DNA of 64,000 nucleotides from Candidatus Ratteibacteria bacterium (lineage in GTDB: Bacteria; Ratteibacteria; UBA8468; B48-G9; DTJG01), in the NCBI GenBank assembly GCA_041656495.1, contig JBBADJ010000004.1, forward strand, positions 84,644-148,643, read 5' to 3'. Positions 50,209 to 59,459 of the stretch are shown here, in pieces (position 1 is the stretch's first letter; each line of letters starts with the position of its first letter). Below the pieces are notes generated by a model. That model was not told the origin of the DNA. It saw only the letters and a list, made by a program, of their open reading frames with translations, and did not search any database. The translations under genes were made by a program, and so were the position numbers.

Positions 50209-51663
50209 TTATTTTTCTGAAAGCCCCAGAACTTTTGCTATACCTTTACCATATGCAGGATCGGCTTTCATACAATTGGATATATGTCTCTCTTTTATCT
50301 CTGTTGGTATATCTCCCATATGTCGAGCGGTATTTTCAAATAAAGTTTGCTGTTGTTCTGGAGACATTAATCTAAAAAGTTTACCTGGTTGAGTGTAATA
50401 ATCATCATCGTCTTCTCTATAATTCCATCTATCAGCTTCTCCATAAATCTTTAGAGGTGGTTCTTTAAACTCAGGCTGCTCTTTCCATTTACCATAACTA
50501 TTTGGTTCATAGTGGAGTTTACTTCCAGCATTTCCATCTACTCGCATCAGCCCGTCTCTATGATAACTGTTGGTAGGAAATTTGGGTGCATTTACAGGAA
50601 TCAAATGATGGTTGACACCCAATCTGTATCTCTGTGCGTCACCATAAGAAAATAATCTTCCTTGAAGCATTCTATCAGGAGAAAAACCTATCCCGGGCAC
50701 AACATTTGCTGGATTAAAAGCTGATTGTTCAACTTCTGCAAAATAGTTTTCTGGATTTCTGTTAAGTTCAAAATAACCAACCTCTATAAGAGGAAAATCT
50801 TTCTTATACCATATTTTTGTAAGGTCAAACGGGTTGTAAGGCATATTTTGTGCCTCTTCTTCTGTCATAACCTGTATATACATTTTCCATTTAGGAAATT
50901 TGCAGTTACGTATATTTTCAAAAAGGTCTCTCTGGTTGCTCTCTCTATCTTTTGCAATTACTGCTTCAGCTTCGGCATCAGTCAGGTTTTTAATACCCTG
51001 TTGGCAGACAAGGTGAAACTTTACCCATACCCTACAATTATTTTCGTTTATCATACTGAATGTATGACTTCCAAATCCATGCATATGCCTGTAAGAATAA
51101 GGAATACCTCTATCGCTCATCGTTATGGTAATCTGGTGGAGAGCTTCAGGAAGCAGAGTCCAAAAATCCCAATTGTTCTTAGCGCTCCTCATATTAGTGT
51201 GCGGGTCTCGCTTTACAGCGTGGTTTAGGTCTATAAATTTTAAAGGGTCCCGGAAGAAGAATACAGGCGTATTATTCCCTACAAGATCCCAATTGCCTTC
51301 TTCGGTATAAAACTTCATTGCAAAACCTCTTATATCCCTTTCAGCGTCCGCTGCTCCTCGTTCTCCTGCTACGGTTGAAAAACGCACAAACATTTCTGTC
51401 TTTTTCCCAATTTGAGAGAAGATTTTCGCTTTTGTATATTTTGTTATATCATGAGTAACAGTGAAAGTGCCGTAAGCTCCAGAACCTTTAGCGTGCATAC
51501 GCCTTTCAGGAATTACTTCTCTATCAAAGTGCGCCATCTTTTCAAGAAACCAGACATCTTGCAGAAGCATCGGTCCACGTGGACCTGCTGTCATAGAGTC
51601 CTGGTTATTTGAAACAGGAGCACCTGCTGCAGTAGTCATTTTATTCATATCTTTTTTTTCCAT
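50209..51663 (-). CDS. katA: monofunctional heme catalase
   Basis: Full-length catalase similarity (RERIPERVVHAKG-like region, [18 protein letters not shown], distal His/Asn, proximal Tyr region). GGAGGA ribosome-binding site. Confidence 0.9.
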   Translation of the reverse strand: MEKKDMNKMTTAAGAPVSNNQDSMTAGPRGPMLLQDVWFLEKMAHFDREVIPERRMHAKGSGAYGTFTVTHDITKYTKAKIFSQIGKKTEMFVRFSTVAGERGAADAERDIRGFAMKFYTEEGNWDLVGNNTPVFFFRDPLKFIDLNHAVKRDPHTNMRSAKNNWDFWTLLPEALHQITITMSDRGIPYSYRHMHGFGSHTFSMINENNCRVWVKFHLVCQQGIKNLTDAEAEAVIAKDRESNQRDLFENIRNCKFPKWKMYIQVMTEEEAQNMPYNPFDLTKIWYKKDFPLIEVGYFELNRNPENYFAEVEQSAFNPANVVPGIGFSPDRMLQGRLFSYGDAQRYRLGVNHHLIPVNAPKFPTNSYHRDGLMRVDGNAGSKLHYEPNSYGKWKEQPEFKEPPLKIYGEADRWNYREDDDDYYTQPGKLFRLMSPEQQQTLFENTARHMGDIPTEIKERHISNCMKADPAYGKGIAKVLGLSEK

Positions 51664-51777
51664 AAATTTCCTCCAATTTATTCTTTGAATTGAAATTCTC
51701 TATTTTATTTGTTATAGGATTCAATCTTATATCATATAAGAAATATTATATAATTCCAATTTTTACACGTAACCTTT

Positions 51778-52158
51778 TTATTTTTTATACTTATAAGTTT
51801 TTATTATAACAATATGAACTGTAACCGCAATTACAATAAAAATTAGAATAGATTTTAGCCATAAAGGTTTTATGATAAAAAAAACAGTAAACATTATGGT
51901 TGCCCATAACAGAATAATTGTATACAATTTCTGTTTTAATGGTATTCCTTTACCTTGTAAATAGTTTCTTATGTATTGCCCACAAAACTTATTACCTATC
52001 AACCAGTTATAAAAGTTTTCAGAACTGCGAGAGTAACAAAAAGCTGCAAGTAAAAGAAAGGGGGTGGTGGGAAGAATTGGAACAAAAATACCTATGATGC
52101 CTAAGATAACAGAGAGGGTTCCTGCTATTATTAGTAGTTTTTGCTTGACTTGTTTCAT
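51778..52158 (-). CDS. DUF454 (YbaN-like) inner-membrane protein
   Basis: Hallmark ILPTTPFLLLAAFCYSRSS. 126 aa with four transmembrane helices. Directly upstream of the catalase on the same strand. Confidence 0.65.
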   Translation of the reverse strand: MKQVKQKLLIIAGTLSVILGIIGIFVPILPTTPFLLLAAFCYSRSSENFYNWLIGNKFCGQYIRNYLQGKGIPLKQKLYTIILLWATIMFTVFFIIKPLWLKSILIFIVIAVTVHIVIIKTYKYKK

Positions 52159-52431
52159 CCAATAAAATTAACATTTCAAAGAAAGAAAAACAAATTTTAA
52201 AATGAGAAATTTCTTATAAAGGCAAGTATTATATCCCCCTACACCAATGAACTACTTAGAATCTTTATTCCGTAAAAATAATTCTGTTTTGCGGCGCTTC
52301 TCAGAAGAAAAAAGCCGTTATTGCCTTCACGTTCCAACTCAAAAATTGAACAACTTTTAAGATACGCAGGAAGAAGATGGTAACCTGGCTTTCAATTTAA
52401 CAAGTGATAGCATTAACACTAAAAACTGCCA

Positions 52432-52446
52432 GGGTGGGTGAGGGGA
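52432..52446 (+). repeat. att-like core copy C (GGGTGGGTGAGGGGA)
   Basis: Exact copy of the last 15 nt of the tRNA-His gene (as read on the + strand). Sits between the DUF454/catalase cassette and the next TA-like pair. Confidence 0.6.
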
Positions 52447-52755
52447 TTGTGCGGCTGAAATACGCTACGAACGGTCTCCGCTTATAAGAGAAGTGTCTTT
52501 AGTCGGATAGAACCATTGTTCGCCCCCCTACCCCTTCAAGAAGATTACAAAACTGGGTCATTGGAGGGATAAAACTCAGAAGATACTTCTTACTGAATCT
52601 AACTTTAAAAAAAACCTAAACAGATTACCTTTTCTAACACCTTAAACTGGTTTACAACCCATAACCTGCCTGCCCTTTCTACGCATCTATTTTTGTCTAA
52701 AAAAACGTTGATAAAGTGTTACCTATATACCCATATACCCAACTGATACATATAC

Positions 52756-52784
52756 TTGGCTTATACAACAATGTTTGGTATAAT
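52756..52784 (+). promoter_or_regulatory. promoter TTGGCT-N17-TGgTATAAT (extended -10)
   Basis: Read directly from the sequence. Followed by an AGGAGG Shine-Dalgarno at 52796-52801. Confidence 0.35.
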
Positions 52785-52788
52785 ACTT

Positions 52789-53196
52789 ATGAAACAGGAG
52801 GTTATCTTGAGCATAGTAATCAAAACAATAGGGAAACAACAATATGCATATCAGGCTTATCGTAATGGGAACAGGATAGTGCAGAAATATCTGGGAAATA
52901 TTGCCGACAATAAGGTGAAAAAAATGCTGGAAGAATTAAAAAGAACGAATCAAGTGCAACAACGATTCTATCCCTTATTCTGGGACGTAGAACCTAACAA
53001 GATTAACATTCGCAAAAATGCCAGATATATTATTGAGCGTGTCCTGGAAGTGGGAGACACAGCCGCATTTCAATGGATACAAAATATGTATCCAACGCGT
53101 TTGATTCTGGATACATGCAACACAAGCCGAAAAATATCCGAAAAATCAAGAATATTCTGGAAAATCTGGCTGGGGGAAATGTCCAATGCACAATGA
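52789..53196 (+). CDS. small protein, putative antitoxin/regulator partner of the downstream nucleotidyltransferase
   Basis: Overlaps the downstream AbiEii-like gene by 11 nt. No HTH recognised. The start is uncertain: ATG 52789, or TTG 52807 after the SD. Confidence 0.35.
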   Translation: MKQEVILSIVIKTIGKQQYAYQAYRNGNRIVQKYLGNIADNKVKKMLEELKRTNQVQQRFYPLFWDVEPNKINIRKNARYIIERVLEVGDTAAFQWIQNMYPTRLILDTCNTSRKISEKSRIFWKIWLGEMSNAQ

Positions 53197-53839
53197 ATGT
53201 TTTCCAAAAAAAGGTATAGACGTTTTAAAACGATTGAAACCTATTATCAAGACACGCCGTTTCATTTTAGCCGGTGAAACCGCCGCCGCAATACAGATTG
53301 GACATAGGATATCTGAAGATCTTGATTTCTTTGCCGCTCAGTCGTTTTCAACCGATGAAATTCTCAATGAAATTAAACAACAGAAACTTAATTTTTCACT
53401 TCTACAGGAAGAACAGAATACATTGACAAGCATTATAGAAAATACCAAGGTATCTCTATTTTGCTACCCCTACCCTTTCATTGAGAAATACGTCAGTTGG
53501 CAAGGCATTTCAGTTGCCAGTCTTACGGATATCGCCTCCATGAAGGTTATTGCCATAAGCCAACGAGGGGCGAAAAGAGATTTTGTTGATATGTATTTTA
53601 TTCTACGTTCAATACCATTTTGGAGAATTGCCGATAATATGATTCAACGCTTTGGAACTGCCAGAATCAACCCCGTGCATATTGGTAAATCGTTGGTATA
53701 CTTTCATGATGCTGAAGTTGACCCAGACCCTCATTACTGTTTGGGATACGAAACAAATTGGCAAGCTATCAAAGTATTTTTCATAAACCATGTTCAGCAA
53801 TTGGTAATAGATTTGCAGAGAGCAAAAGAAACAGGATAA
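53186..53839 (+). CDS. AbiEii-like nucleotidyltransferase (short form)
   Basis: Shares GxTAxxxxxxxRxSEDLDFF and (K/A)RDF(V/Y)DMYF(I/L)L motifs with the 49140-49865 product. Confidence 0.55.
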   Translation: MHNECFPKKGIDVLKRLKPIIKTRRFILAGETAAAIQIGHRISEDLDFFAAQSFSTDEILNEIKQQKLNFSLLQEEQNTLTSIIENTKVSLFCYPYPFIEKYVSWQGISVASLTDIASMKVIAISQRGAKRDFVDMYFILRSIPFWRIADNMIQRFGTARINPVHIGKSLVYFHDAEVDPDPHYCLGYETNWQAIKVFFINHVQQLVIDLQRAKETG

Positions 53840-53909
53840 CTGTTTATATCAAAACGTAATGTTCCAACTAAATCCTCCAGAAATAAGTGCACCGCAACGA
53901 TTTCAGGCT

Positions 53910-54296
53910 GGGTGGGTGAGGGGATGTTGGCGCCCTCGCTTCCCACTACAGCTCGGGTCGGCCACTCGCTGGCAATCCTGCCTCTTCGTCGGATTGCCTG
54001 ACTTCGCTCAATTCAAATCCCCTGAAGGAAAACTTTTTGGGTGGGTGAGGGGATGTTGGCGCCTTCGCCTTTCGATACGGCTCAGGTCGGCCACTCGCTG
54101 GCAATCCTGCCTCTTCGTCGGATTGCCTGACTTCGCTCAATTCAAATCCCCTGAAGGAAAACTTTTTGGGTGGGTGAGGGGATGTTGGCGCCCCTCACTT
54201 TCGGAACGTTCGGGGTCGGCCATCCGCGAAGATTGCTGCGCTCACTCGCAATCTTTCCACTTCGCTCCTTTCAAATCCCCTGAAGGAAAACTTTTT
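53910..54296 (+). repeat. three tandem 129-bp repeat units, each beginning with the tRNA-His 3'-terminal 15-16 nt
   Basis: Unit starts at 53910, 54039 and 54168. Each ends with TTCAAATCCCCTGAAGGAAAACTTTTTG. The first third of each unit is variable. Confidence 0.8.
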
Positions 54297-54370
54297 GGGT
54301 GGGTGAGGGGATTTGAACCCCCGACATCCAGAGCCACAGTCTGGCGCTCTGCCCCTGAGCTACACCCACC
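54297..54370 (-). tRNA. tRNA-His (anticodon GUG) with encoded G-1
   Basis: Manual fold of the reverse complement: acceptor GUGGGUG/CACCCAC with G-1:C73, D-stem GCUC/GAGC, anticodon stem CCAGA/UCUGG, loop CUGUGGC (GUG), T-arm GGGGG-UUCAAAU-CCCCU. Confidence 0.85.
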
Positions 54371-54477
54371 ATATAACTGTAAACTACTATATCTTACCTT
54401 GTTTCAGTGATTTGTAAAGATACTACTGTGTTCTAAGAAAAAACTCTTCTCTGCAAGAAAAAAATGAAGTTATGATA

Positions 54478-55434
54478 TTATTTTTGCGGAACGCAGAACA
54501 ATGCGAAGTTTTCTTCTGAAACATTTCCGCCGCTTACGATACATACCACCTTCTTTCCCGCGCAAGGAATTTTTCCCAACATCACCGCGGCAAGAGATGC
54601 CGCACCTGCAAATTCCGCCACAATTTTCATCTCCTTAAATAAGGTCTTTGCGGCAAAAGCAATCTCCTCGTCGCTTACTAAAACAATATCATCCACCAAT
54701 CTATTCACGATAGAAAAGGTAAGGTCCCCTGGACGTTTTACAGCGATACCTTCTGCGATAGTGGAAATATCTGAAAGTGTTTGAACAACTCCCGACTCTC
54801 TTGAACGATACATAGATGGAGATCCCTCTGCCTGTACTCCGATTACTGTAATATCAGGTCTTTGCTCCTTTAATGCGAGAAGAACGCCAGAAATAAGCCC
54901 TCCTCCTCCCACAGGAGAAAGCACGATATCAGCATCCGGAAGGTCTTCTGCTATCTCAAGCCCTATTGTTCCCTGGCCTTCAATAATACGGGGATCGTCA
55001 AAAGAATGGATAAAGGTTCTTTTCTCCTCCAGCGACCGTTTCAATGCATAGGTATGACTTTCAAAATAGGTAGCGCCCTCCACATGAACAGGTGCAAATC
55101 TGGCAAGCGCTTCTTGTTTATTGGATGGAGTATGTTCTGGAATCACAACCAGCGCATCTATCCCTTCTTTATATGATACATAAGCAACTCCGAGCCCATG
55201 ATTCCCCGAAGTAGCACAGATTACGCCCTGTTTTCTCTCTTCAGATGAAAGAGACGCAATCTTCCATGTTACACCGCGTACCTTGAAAGCACCTGTCCTT
55301 TGAAGATTTTCAAGTTTGAAAAAAACTTCTGCTCCAAATTGTTCGCCAAGGTATTCAGAAGAGAAAAGCGGAGTACGGATAATTTTCCCCTTCAAATATT
55401 CTTGAGCTTTTTTTATTTCAGAAAATTGAACCAC
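54478..55434 (-). CDS. PLP-dependent serine/threonine dehydratase family protein
   Basis: PALP-fold motifs FKVRG and SGNHG. GTG start immediately after the upstream gene's TGA. Confidence 0.7.
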   Translation of the reverse strand: MVQFSEIKKAQEYLKGKIIRTPLFSSEYLGEQFGAEVFFKLENLQRTGAFKVRGVTWKIASLSSEERKQGVICATSGNHGLGVAYVSYKEGIDALVVIPEHTPSNKQEALARFAPVHVEGATYFESHTYALKRSLEEKRTFIHSFDDPRIIEGQGTIGLEIAEDLPDADIVLSPVGGGGLISGVLLALKEQRPDITVIGVQAEGSPSMYRSRESGVVQTLSDISTIAEGIAVKRPGDLTFSIVNRLVDDIVLVSDEEIAFAAKTLFKEMKIVAEFAGAASLAAVMLGKIPCAGKKVVCIVSGGNVSEENFALFCVPQK

Positions 55435-57015
55435 TCATCCCTCCCTTGAAAGAATTTTTCCTGGGGTTACTCCAGTATGAGTTCCTTCTTCAACCACAAC
55501 AGTTCCTCCCACAAGCACCCATTCAATACCCGCAGGAGGCAAATGAGTATCTTGAAAAGTTGCACGATCCCGTACTGTGTCAGGATTAAAAATAACAATA
55601 TCAGCGATATAATCTTTGGAAATTGCCCCCCGTTTCTTCAATCCAAGCCGTTGTGCGGGTCCTGTGCTTAATTTCCAGATTGCTTCTGTCCAAGAAAGGA
55701 CAGCCTCTTCGCGAACATACATACCAAGTATCCGAGGGAAACTTCCACATAATCTTGGATGCACTCCCGGCACTGGAAGACCATCGCTTCCTCCGAAAAC
55801 AAAAGGAAGTTTCATAATAGTACGAAGAGATTCCTCACTTACAAGATCCATTGCCATCGTTGCCCTACCCTTCTCTGCAAGAAGAAAATCACAAAGAAAT
55901 GTAAATGGACTTTTTTTCATACTATCAGCTGACTGGGCAATACTGGCGCCCACAAAAGGAAGATTTTCAGGAAAAGAGGCATTCCTGAGAAAAATGCGAT
56001 CCCATCCACACAATGCAACAGAATCTTCCCATATAGGGTTTCTCCTTCCAACCTCTGCCTCGGCTCTTTTTCGAGAAGAAGGGTCTTCAAGTCTTCCAAG
56101 GAATGCACTCATCCCTCCTTCATGCATCCATCCGGGAAAGAGCGAAGTAAGAGTGGTTGCCGCAAAAGTATAGGGATATTGATCGCAAAAGAGCTCTATT
56201 CCTTTTTGACGCGCGGATTCAAGAAGATCTATCGCGCTTTCAAGGGTTTTTCCAGCATTGTGACCTGCTGACTTGAAATGGGAAATCTGAAGAGAAACTC
56301 CGCTATCAACCGCAACTGACACTGCTTCTGCAAGGGCTTCTGTTAAGGCATTCCCTTCGTTTCTTATATGGGTCGCATAGATTCCATTCCAACGCGCGAC
56401 CACACGGCAAAGAGAGTTTAATTCTTCAAAAGAAGCAAAAATTCCTGGAGGATAGGTCAATCCAGAAGAGAGCCCGCCACAACCTCTCTTCATAATTTTT
56501 TCAAGTAAAGATTCCATAGAACTGAGTTCTTCCTGAGAAAGTGGCCCAGAGTTACAGCCACGGACCATGGTTCTAAGGTTTCCATGTCCGACAAGAGGAA
56601 GAATATTGGTGCAAAGTGGCGCCGAGGAAATAATCTCAAGAAATTCGTTCCAGGAACATTCCTTTCTCATCTGAGAAAGTTCTCCGAGAACCGCCCTATT
56701 CTGCATAAGAAAAAAACTATTCTTCTCATTGAAAGGAGCGGCGGAAATACCGCAGTTTCCTGTTACAACAGTAGTAATTCCCTGAAGAATTTTTGGTAAG
56801 TACGGTTCATCTTCCATCAGCATAAGATCATCATGGCTATGGATATCAATAAAACCCGGAGAAACATACATACCCGAAGCATCAATTTCTCTTCTCGCCC
56901 GAACAGAAGAAAGCTCTCCAATTGCAACGATACGGCCATGAGATATGCCGATATCTGCCTGAAATAGGGAGGAATCCGAAAGAACCGTTCCATTTCTTAT
57001 AAGAAGATCAACCAT
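55435..57015 (-). CDS. N-acyl-D-amino-acid deacylase (D-aminoacylase), amidohydrolase superfamily
   Basis: Motifs GFIDIHSHDD, QGITTVVTGNCG. 526 aa. Confidence 0.75.
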   Translation of the reverse strand: MVDLLIRNGTVLSDSSLFQADIGISHGRIVAIGELSSVRARREIDASGMYVSPGFIDIHSHDDLMLMEDEPYLPKILQGITTVVTGNCGISAAPFNEKNSFFLMQNRAVLGELSQMRKECSWNEFLEIISSAPLCTNILPLVGHGNLRTMVRGCNSGPLSQEELSSMESLLEKIMKRGCGGLSSGLTYPPGIFASFEELNSLCRVVARWNGIYATHIRNEGNALTEALAEAVSVAVDSGVSLQISHFKSAGHNAGKTLESAIDLLESARQKGIELFCDQYPYTFAATTLTSLFPGWMHEGGMSAFLGRLEDPSSRKRAEAEVGRRNPIWEDSVALCGWDRIFLRNASFPENLPFVGASIAQSADSMKKSPFTFLCDFLLAEKGRATMAMDLVSEESLRTIMKLPFVFGGSDGLPVPGVHPRLCGSFPRILGMYVREEAVLSWTEAIWKLSTGPAQRLGLKKRGAISKDYIADIVIFNPDTVRDRATFQDTHLPPAGIEWVLVGGTVVVEEGTHTGVTPGKILSREG

Positions 57016-57026
57016 AAGAGTATCTG

Positions 57027-57100
57027 TGCGCCTGGCGCGACTCGAACGCGCGGCCGCTGGATTCGAAGTCCAGCGCTCTATCCATCTGAGCTACAGGCGC
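57027..57100 (-). tRNA. tRNA-Arg (anticodon UCG)
   Basis: Manual fold: acceptor GCGCCUG/CAGGCGC, D-stem GCUC/GAGC, anticodon stem CUGGA/UCCAG with loop CUUCGAA, T-stem GCGCG/CGCGC. No encoded CCA. Confidence 0.85.
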
Positions 57101-57508
57101 AACTCTCCCAAAACTCTGTTCTGCGCTTATCAAGGCGCAAGAATCAACTAAGAAAGTAATCAAATATGACTTTTTCCCACTACTCTTCCGCACTATCACG
57201 CACATTATCAACCTTCAGAAAAATAGTACGGAGGTTACAAGTGAAGAGTTACCACACTCTATTTCACTCCACATAAAGGGAAAAGAATATTATACCATAT
57301 TGCTATAGGGCTTCTTATTAGAAAAAACCGCTCCTATCATAATCTATGCTATGAAATCATCTGCAAAAAGAAGGTAAGTGACTGTTGCTATGGAAATAAG
57401 AGAGAAAAAAAGTTCAAAGTTTCTTTATTCACGCGGTATGGTATGATATGATTCACTATGATGGAAAAGTCCATACCATACCTTGACCACAAATAACCTT
57501 CGGATACC

Positions 57509-59407
57509 ATGCTTCAGATTACTCATCTTACAAAACGGTTCGGCGCCACAACTCTTTTCAACAAAACCTCCTTTTTTTTGAATGTAGGAGACAGGGTTGC
57601 TCTTCTTGGACCGAATGGATCTGGAAAAACAACCTTCTTTCGTATAATCCTTGGAAAAGAGAGGCCAGATTCAGGAGAAATCTCCTTGCGTAAGGGTGTA
57701 CGAATTGGGTTTCTTGCGCAGGAAGATGTTACCACAATCCATCGCACGGTGATCTCTGAAACCTTGGCATTTTCTCCGGAAATTGTTTTACTTCAAAAAA
57801 AAATAATGAAAACTGCGGAAACAATGGCAACATCCTCCGGAAAAAAGAATGAAGAGCTTCTTAAAGAGTATGGAGCGCTCCACACTGCCTTTGAAAATCT
57901 TGGCGGATATTCCATTGAACATCGCGCAAAAATTGCGCTTGCTGGTCTTGGCTTTAAGGAGAAGGATTTTTTTCGGCCCATTGAAGAATTCAGTGGCGGC
58001 TGGAAAATGCGGATTGCTCTTGCCAAACTTCTTGTACATCCTCCAGACTTGCTTATTCTTGATGAACCCACAAACCATCTTGATCTTCATGCGGTTCTCT
58101 GGCTTGAATCATATCTTGTGGGAGCAAAAAAAACTCTTCTATTTACCTCCCATGATCGCGAATTTATAGACCATGTAGCTACACGAATTATTGATATTGA
58201 TCAAAAAAAACTTGTGGGATATAAGCCGCCGTGGGAACTGTTTCAGCAAGAAAAGAATAAAATGCGGCAAACAATAGAAGCTGCCAAAAAAAATCAGGAG
58301 AAAAAAATTGCAGAAGCGCAAAGATTTATTGAACGGTTCCGGGCAACCGCCACAAAAGCGCGGTCAGTACAGAGCCGTATCAAAATGGTAAAGAAGATGG
58401 AAACCATTGAGCTTCCTCAAAAGCTCCATACAATGACATTGAAACTTCCTCAACCTATACGAAGCGGACTACAGGTAATCACTCTTTCGGATTTATATAA
58501 AAGTTATGGCGAAACCTCTGTATATCAAGGAATAGATTTTTCTGTAACCAGAGGAGAAAAAATCGCATTTTTAGGAGCCAACGGCGCTGGAAAATCTACT
58601 TTGTTGAAAATTCTTGCAGGCGTTGTTCCTGTAGATTCCGGAAGAAGAATCGTGGGACATAATGTACATATTGGATATTATCCTCAAAATCGTATTGAGC
58701 TTCTTCATCCGAAAAAAAGTTCTTTTGAAGAGATCGCCGAAGTATATCCCGATGGTAAAGAATCAAAGATACGAGGACTTCTTGGAAGGTTTCTCTTTTC
58801 AGGAGACGATGCGGATAAACCAGTACATGTTCTCAGCGGCGGTGAAAAAAGCCGATTGGTTATGGCAAAAATCCTTGCAAACCCGCCAAACTGTATTCTT
58901 CTTGACGAACCAGTGAACCATCTTGATATTCCCTCTCGAGACATTCTTATCAACGCACTGAAGGAATTTGAAGGAACCCTCTGTTTCATTAGCCATGATC
59001 TTCATTTTATTAAAAAGGTAGCAACCAAAATTGTAGAAATTAATAACGGCATTCTTACACAGTACCCTGGAAATTATGATTACTATATTCAGAAGAAAAA
59101 GAATCAAGAAGTATTGAAAGAAGAGAAGAAAAAAGAGCAAAAACCTTCAACTATTCTAAAAAAGAAAAAAAACCTTAAAAAAGAATCTACTTCCTCCCAA
59201 ATCACTCTCATAGAAGAAGAATTTCGTTCTTTATTAGAAAAAATCGATTCTATCAACCAATCTCTCGCAGATCCTAAAACCTATCAGAAACCTGGCTTTG
59301 AAGACCTTGCGCGCGAAGAAAAACATCTTCGTCGAAAAAGCGATCTTCTTTTTGAAAAATGGGAGTGCCTTATAGAAGAATCTGAAAAAAAAGAAAAAGA
59401 AGAATAA
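57509..59407 (+). CDS. ABC-F family ATPase (tandem ABC domains; translation-factor-type)
   Basis: Two Walker A sites (GPNGSGKTT, GANGAGKST), two signature motifs (LSGGWKMR, LSGGEKSR), a linker and a C-terminal charged extension. No transmembrane domain. Confidence 0.85.
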   Translation: MLQITHLTKRFGATTLFNKTSFFLNVGDRVALLGPNGSGKTTFFRIILGKERPDSGEISLRKGVRIGFLAQEDVTTIHRTVISETLAFSPEIVLLQKKIMKTAETMATSSGKKNEELLKEYGALHTAFENLGGYSIEHRAKIALAGLGFKEKDFFRPIEEFSGGWKMRIALAKLLVHPPDLLILDEPTNHLDLHAVLWLESYLVGAKKTLLFTSHDREFIDHVATRIIDIDQKKLVGYKPPWELFQQEKNKMRQTIEAAKKNQEKKIAEAQRFIERFRATATKARSVQSRIKMVKKMETIELPQKLHTMTLKLPQPIRSGLQVITLSDLYKSYGETSVYQGIDFSVTRGEKIAFLGANGAGKSTLLKILAGVVPVDSGRRIVGHNVHIGYYPQNRIELLHPKKSSFEEIAEVYPDGKESKIRGLLGRFLFSGDDADKPVHVLSGGEKSRLVMAKILANPPNCILLDEPVNHLDIPSRDILINALKEFEGTLCFISHDLHFIKKVATKIVEINNGILTQYPGNYDYYIQKKKNQEVLKEEKKKEQKPSTILKKKKNLKKESTSSQITLIEEEFRSLLEKIDSINQSLADPKTYQKPGFEDLAREEKHLRRKSDLLFEKWECLIEESEKKEKEE

Positions 59408-59459
59408 AAAGCCGTCAATCAGTCTGGACAGAAAGAGTATCCTCTCATACAATAGTTTA

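Noticed and set aside
53910-54296. Possible CRISPR array
   Set aside because: The repeat unit (~90 bp conserved) is far longer than the variable part (~35 bp). There are only three units and no cas genes. The units are derived from the adjacent tRNA 3' end.
48003-54296. Integron attC sites separating cassettes
   Set aside because: The repeat ends do not fit the GTTRRRY / RYYYAAC core and inverse-core pattern. No intI or attI is present. The repeats are copies of a tRNA terminus, not attC-like hairpins.
53859-54410. 183-aa ORF with repetitive GWVRGCWRP peptide
   Set aside because: It is simply a reading frame running through the three tandem 129-bp DNA repeats and the tRNA-His gene. The periodicity is at the DNA level, and there is no ribosome-binding site.
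57008-57211. 67-aa ORF on minus strand
   Set aside because: Overlaps the tRNA-Arg gene. Spurious.
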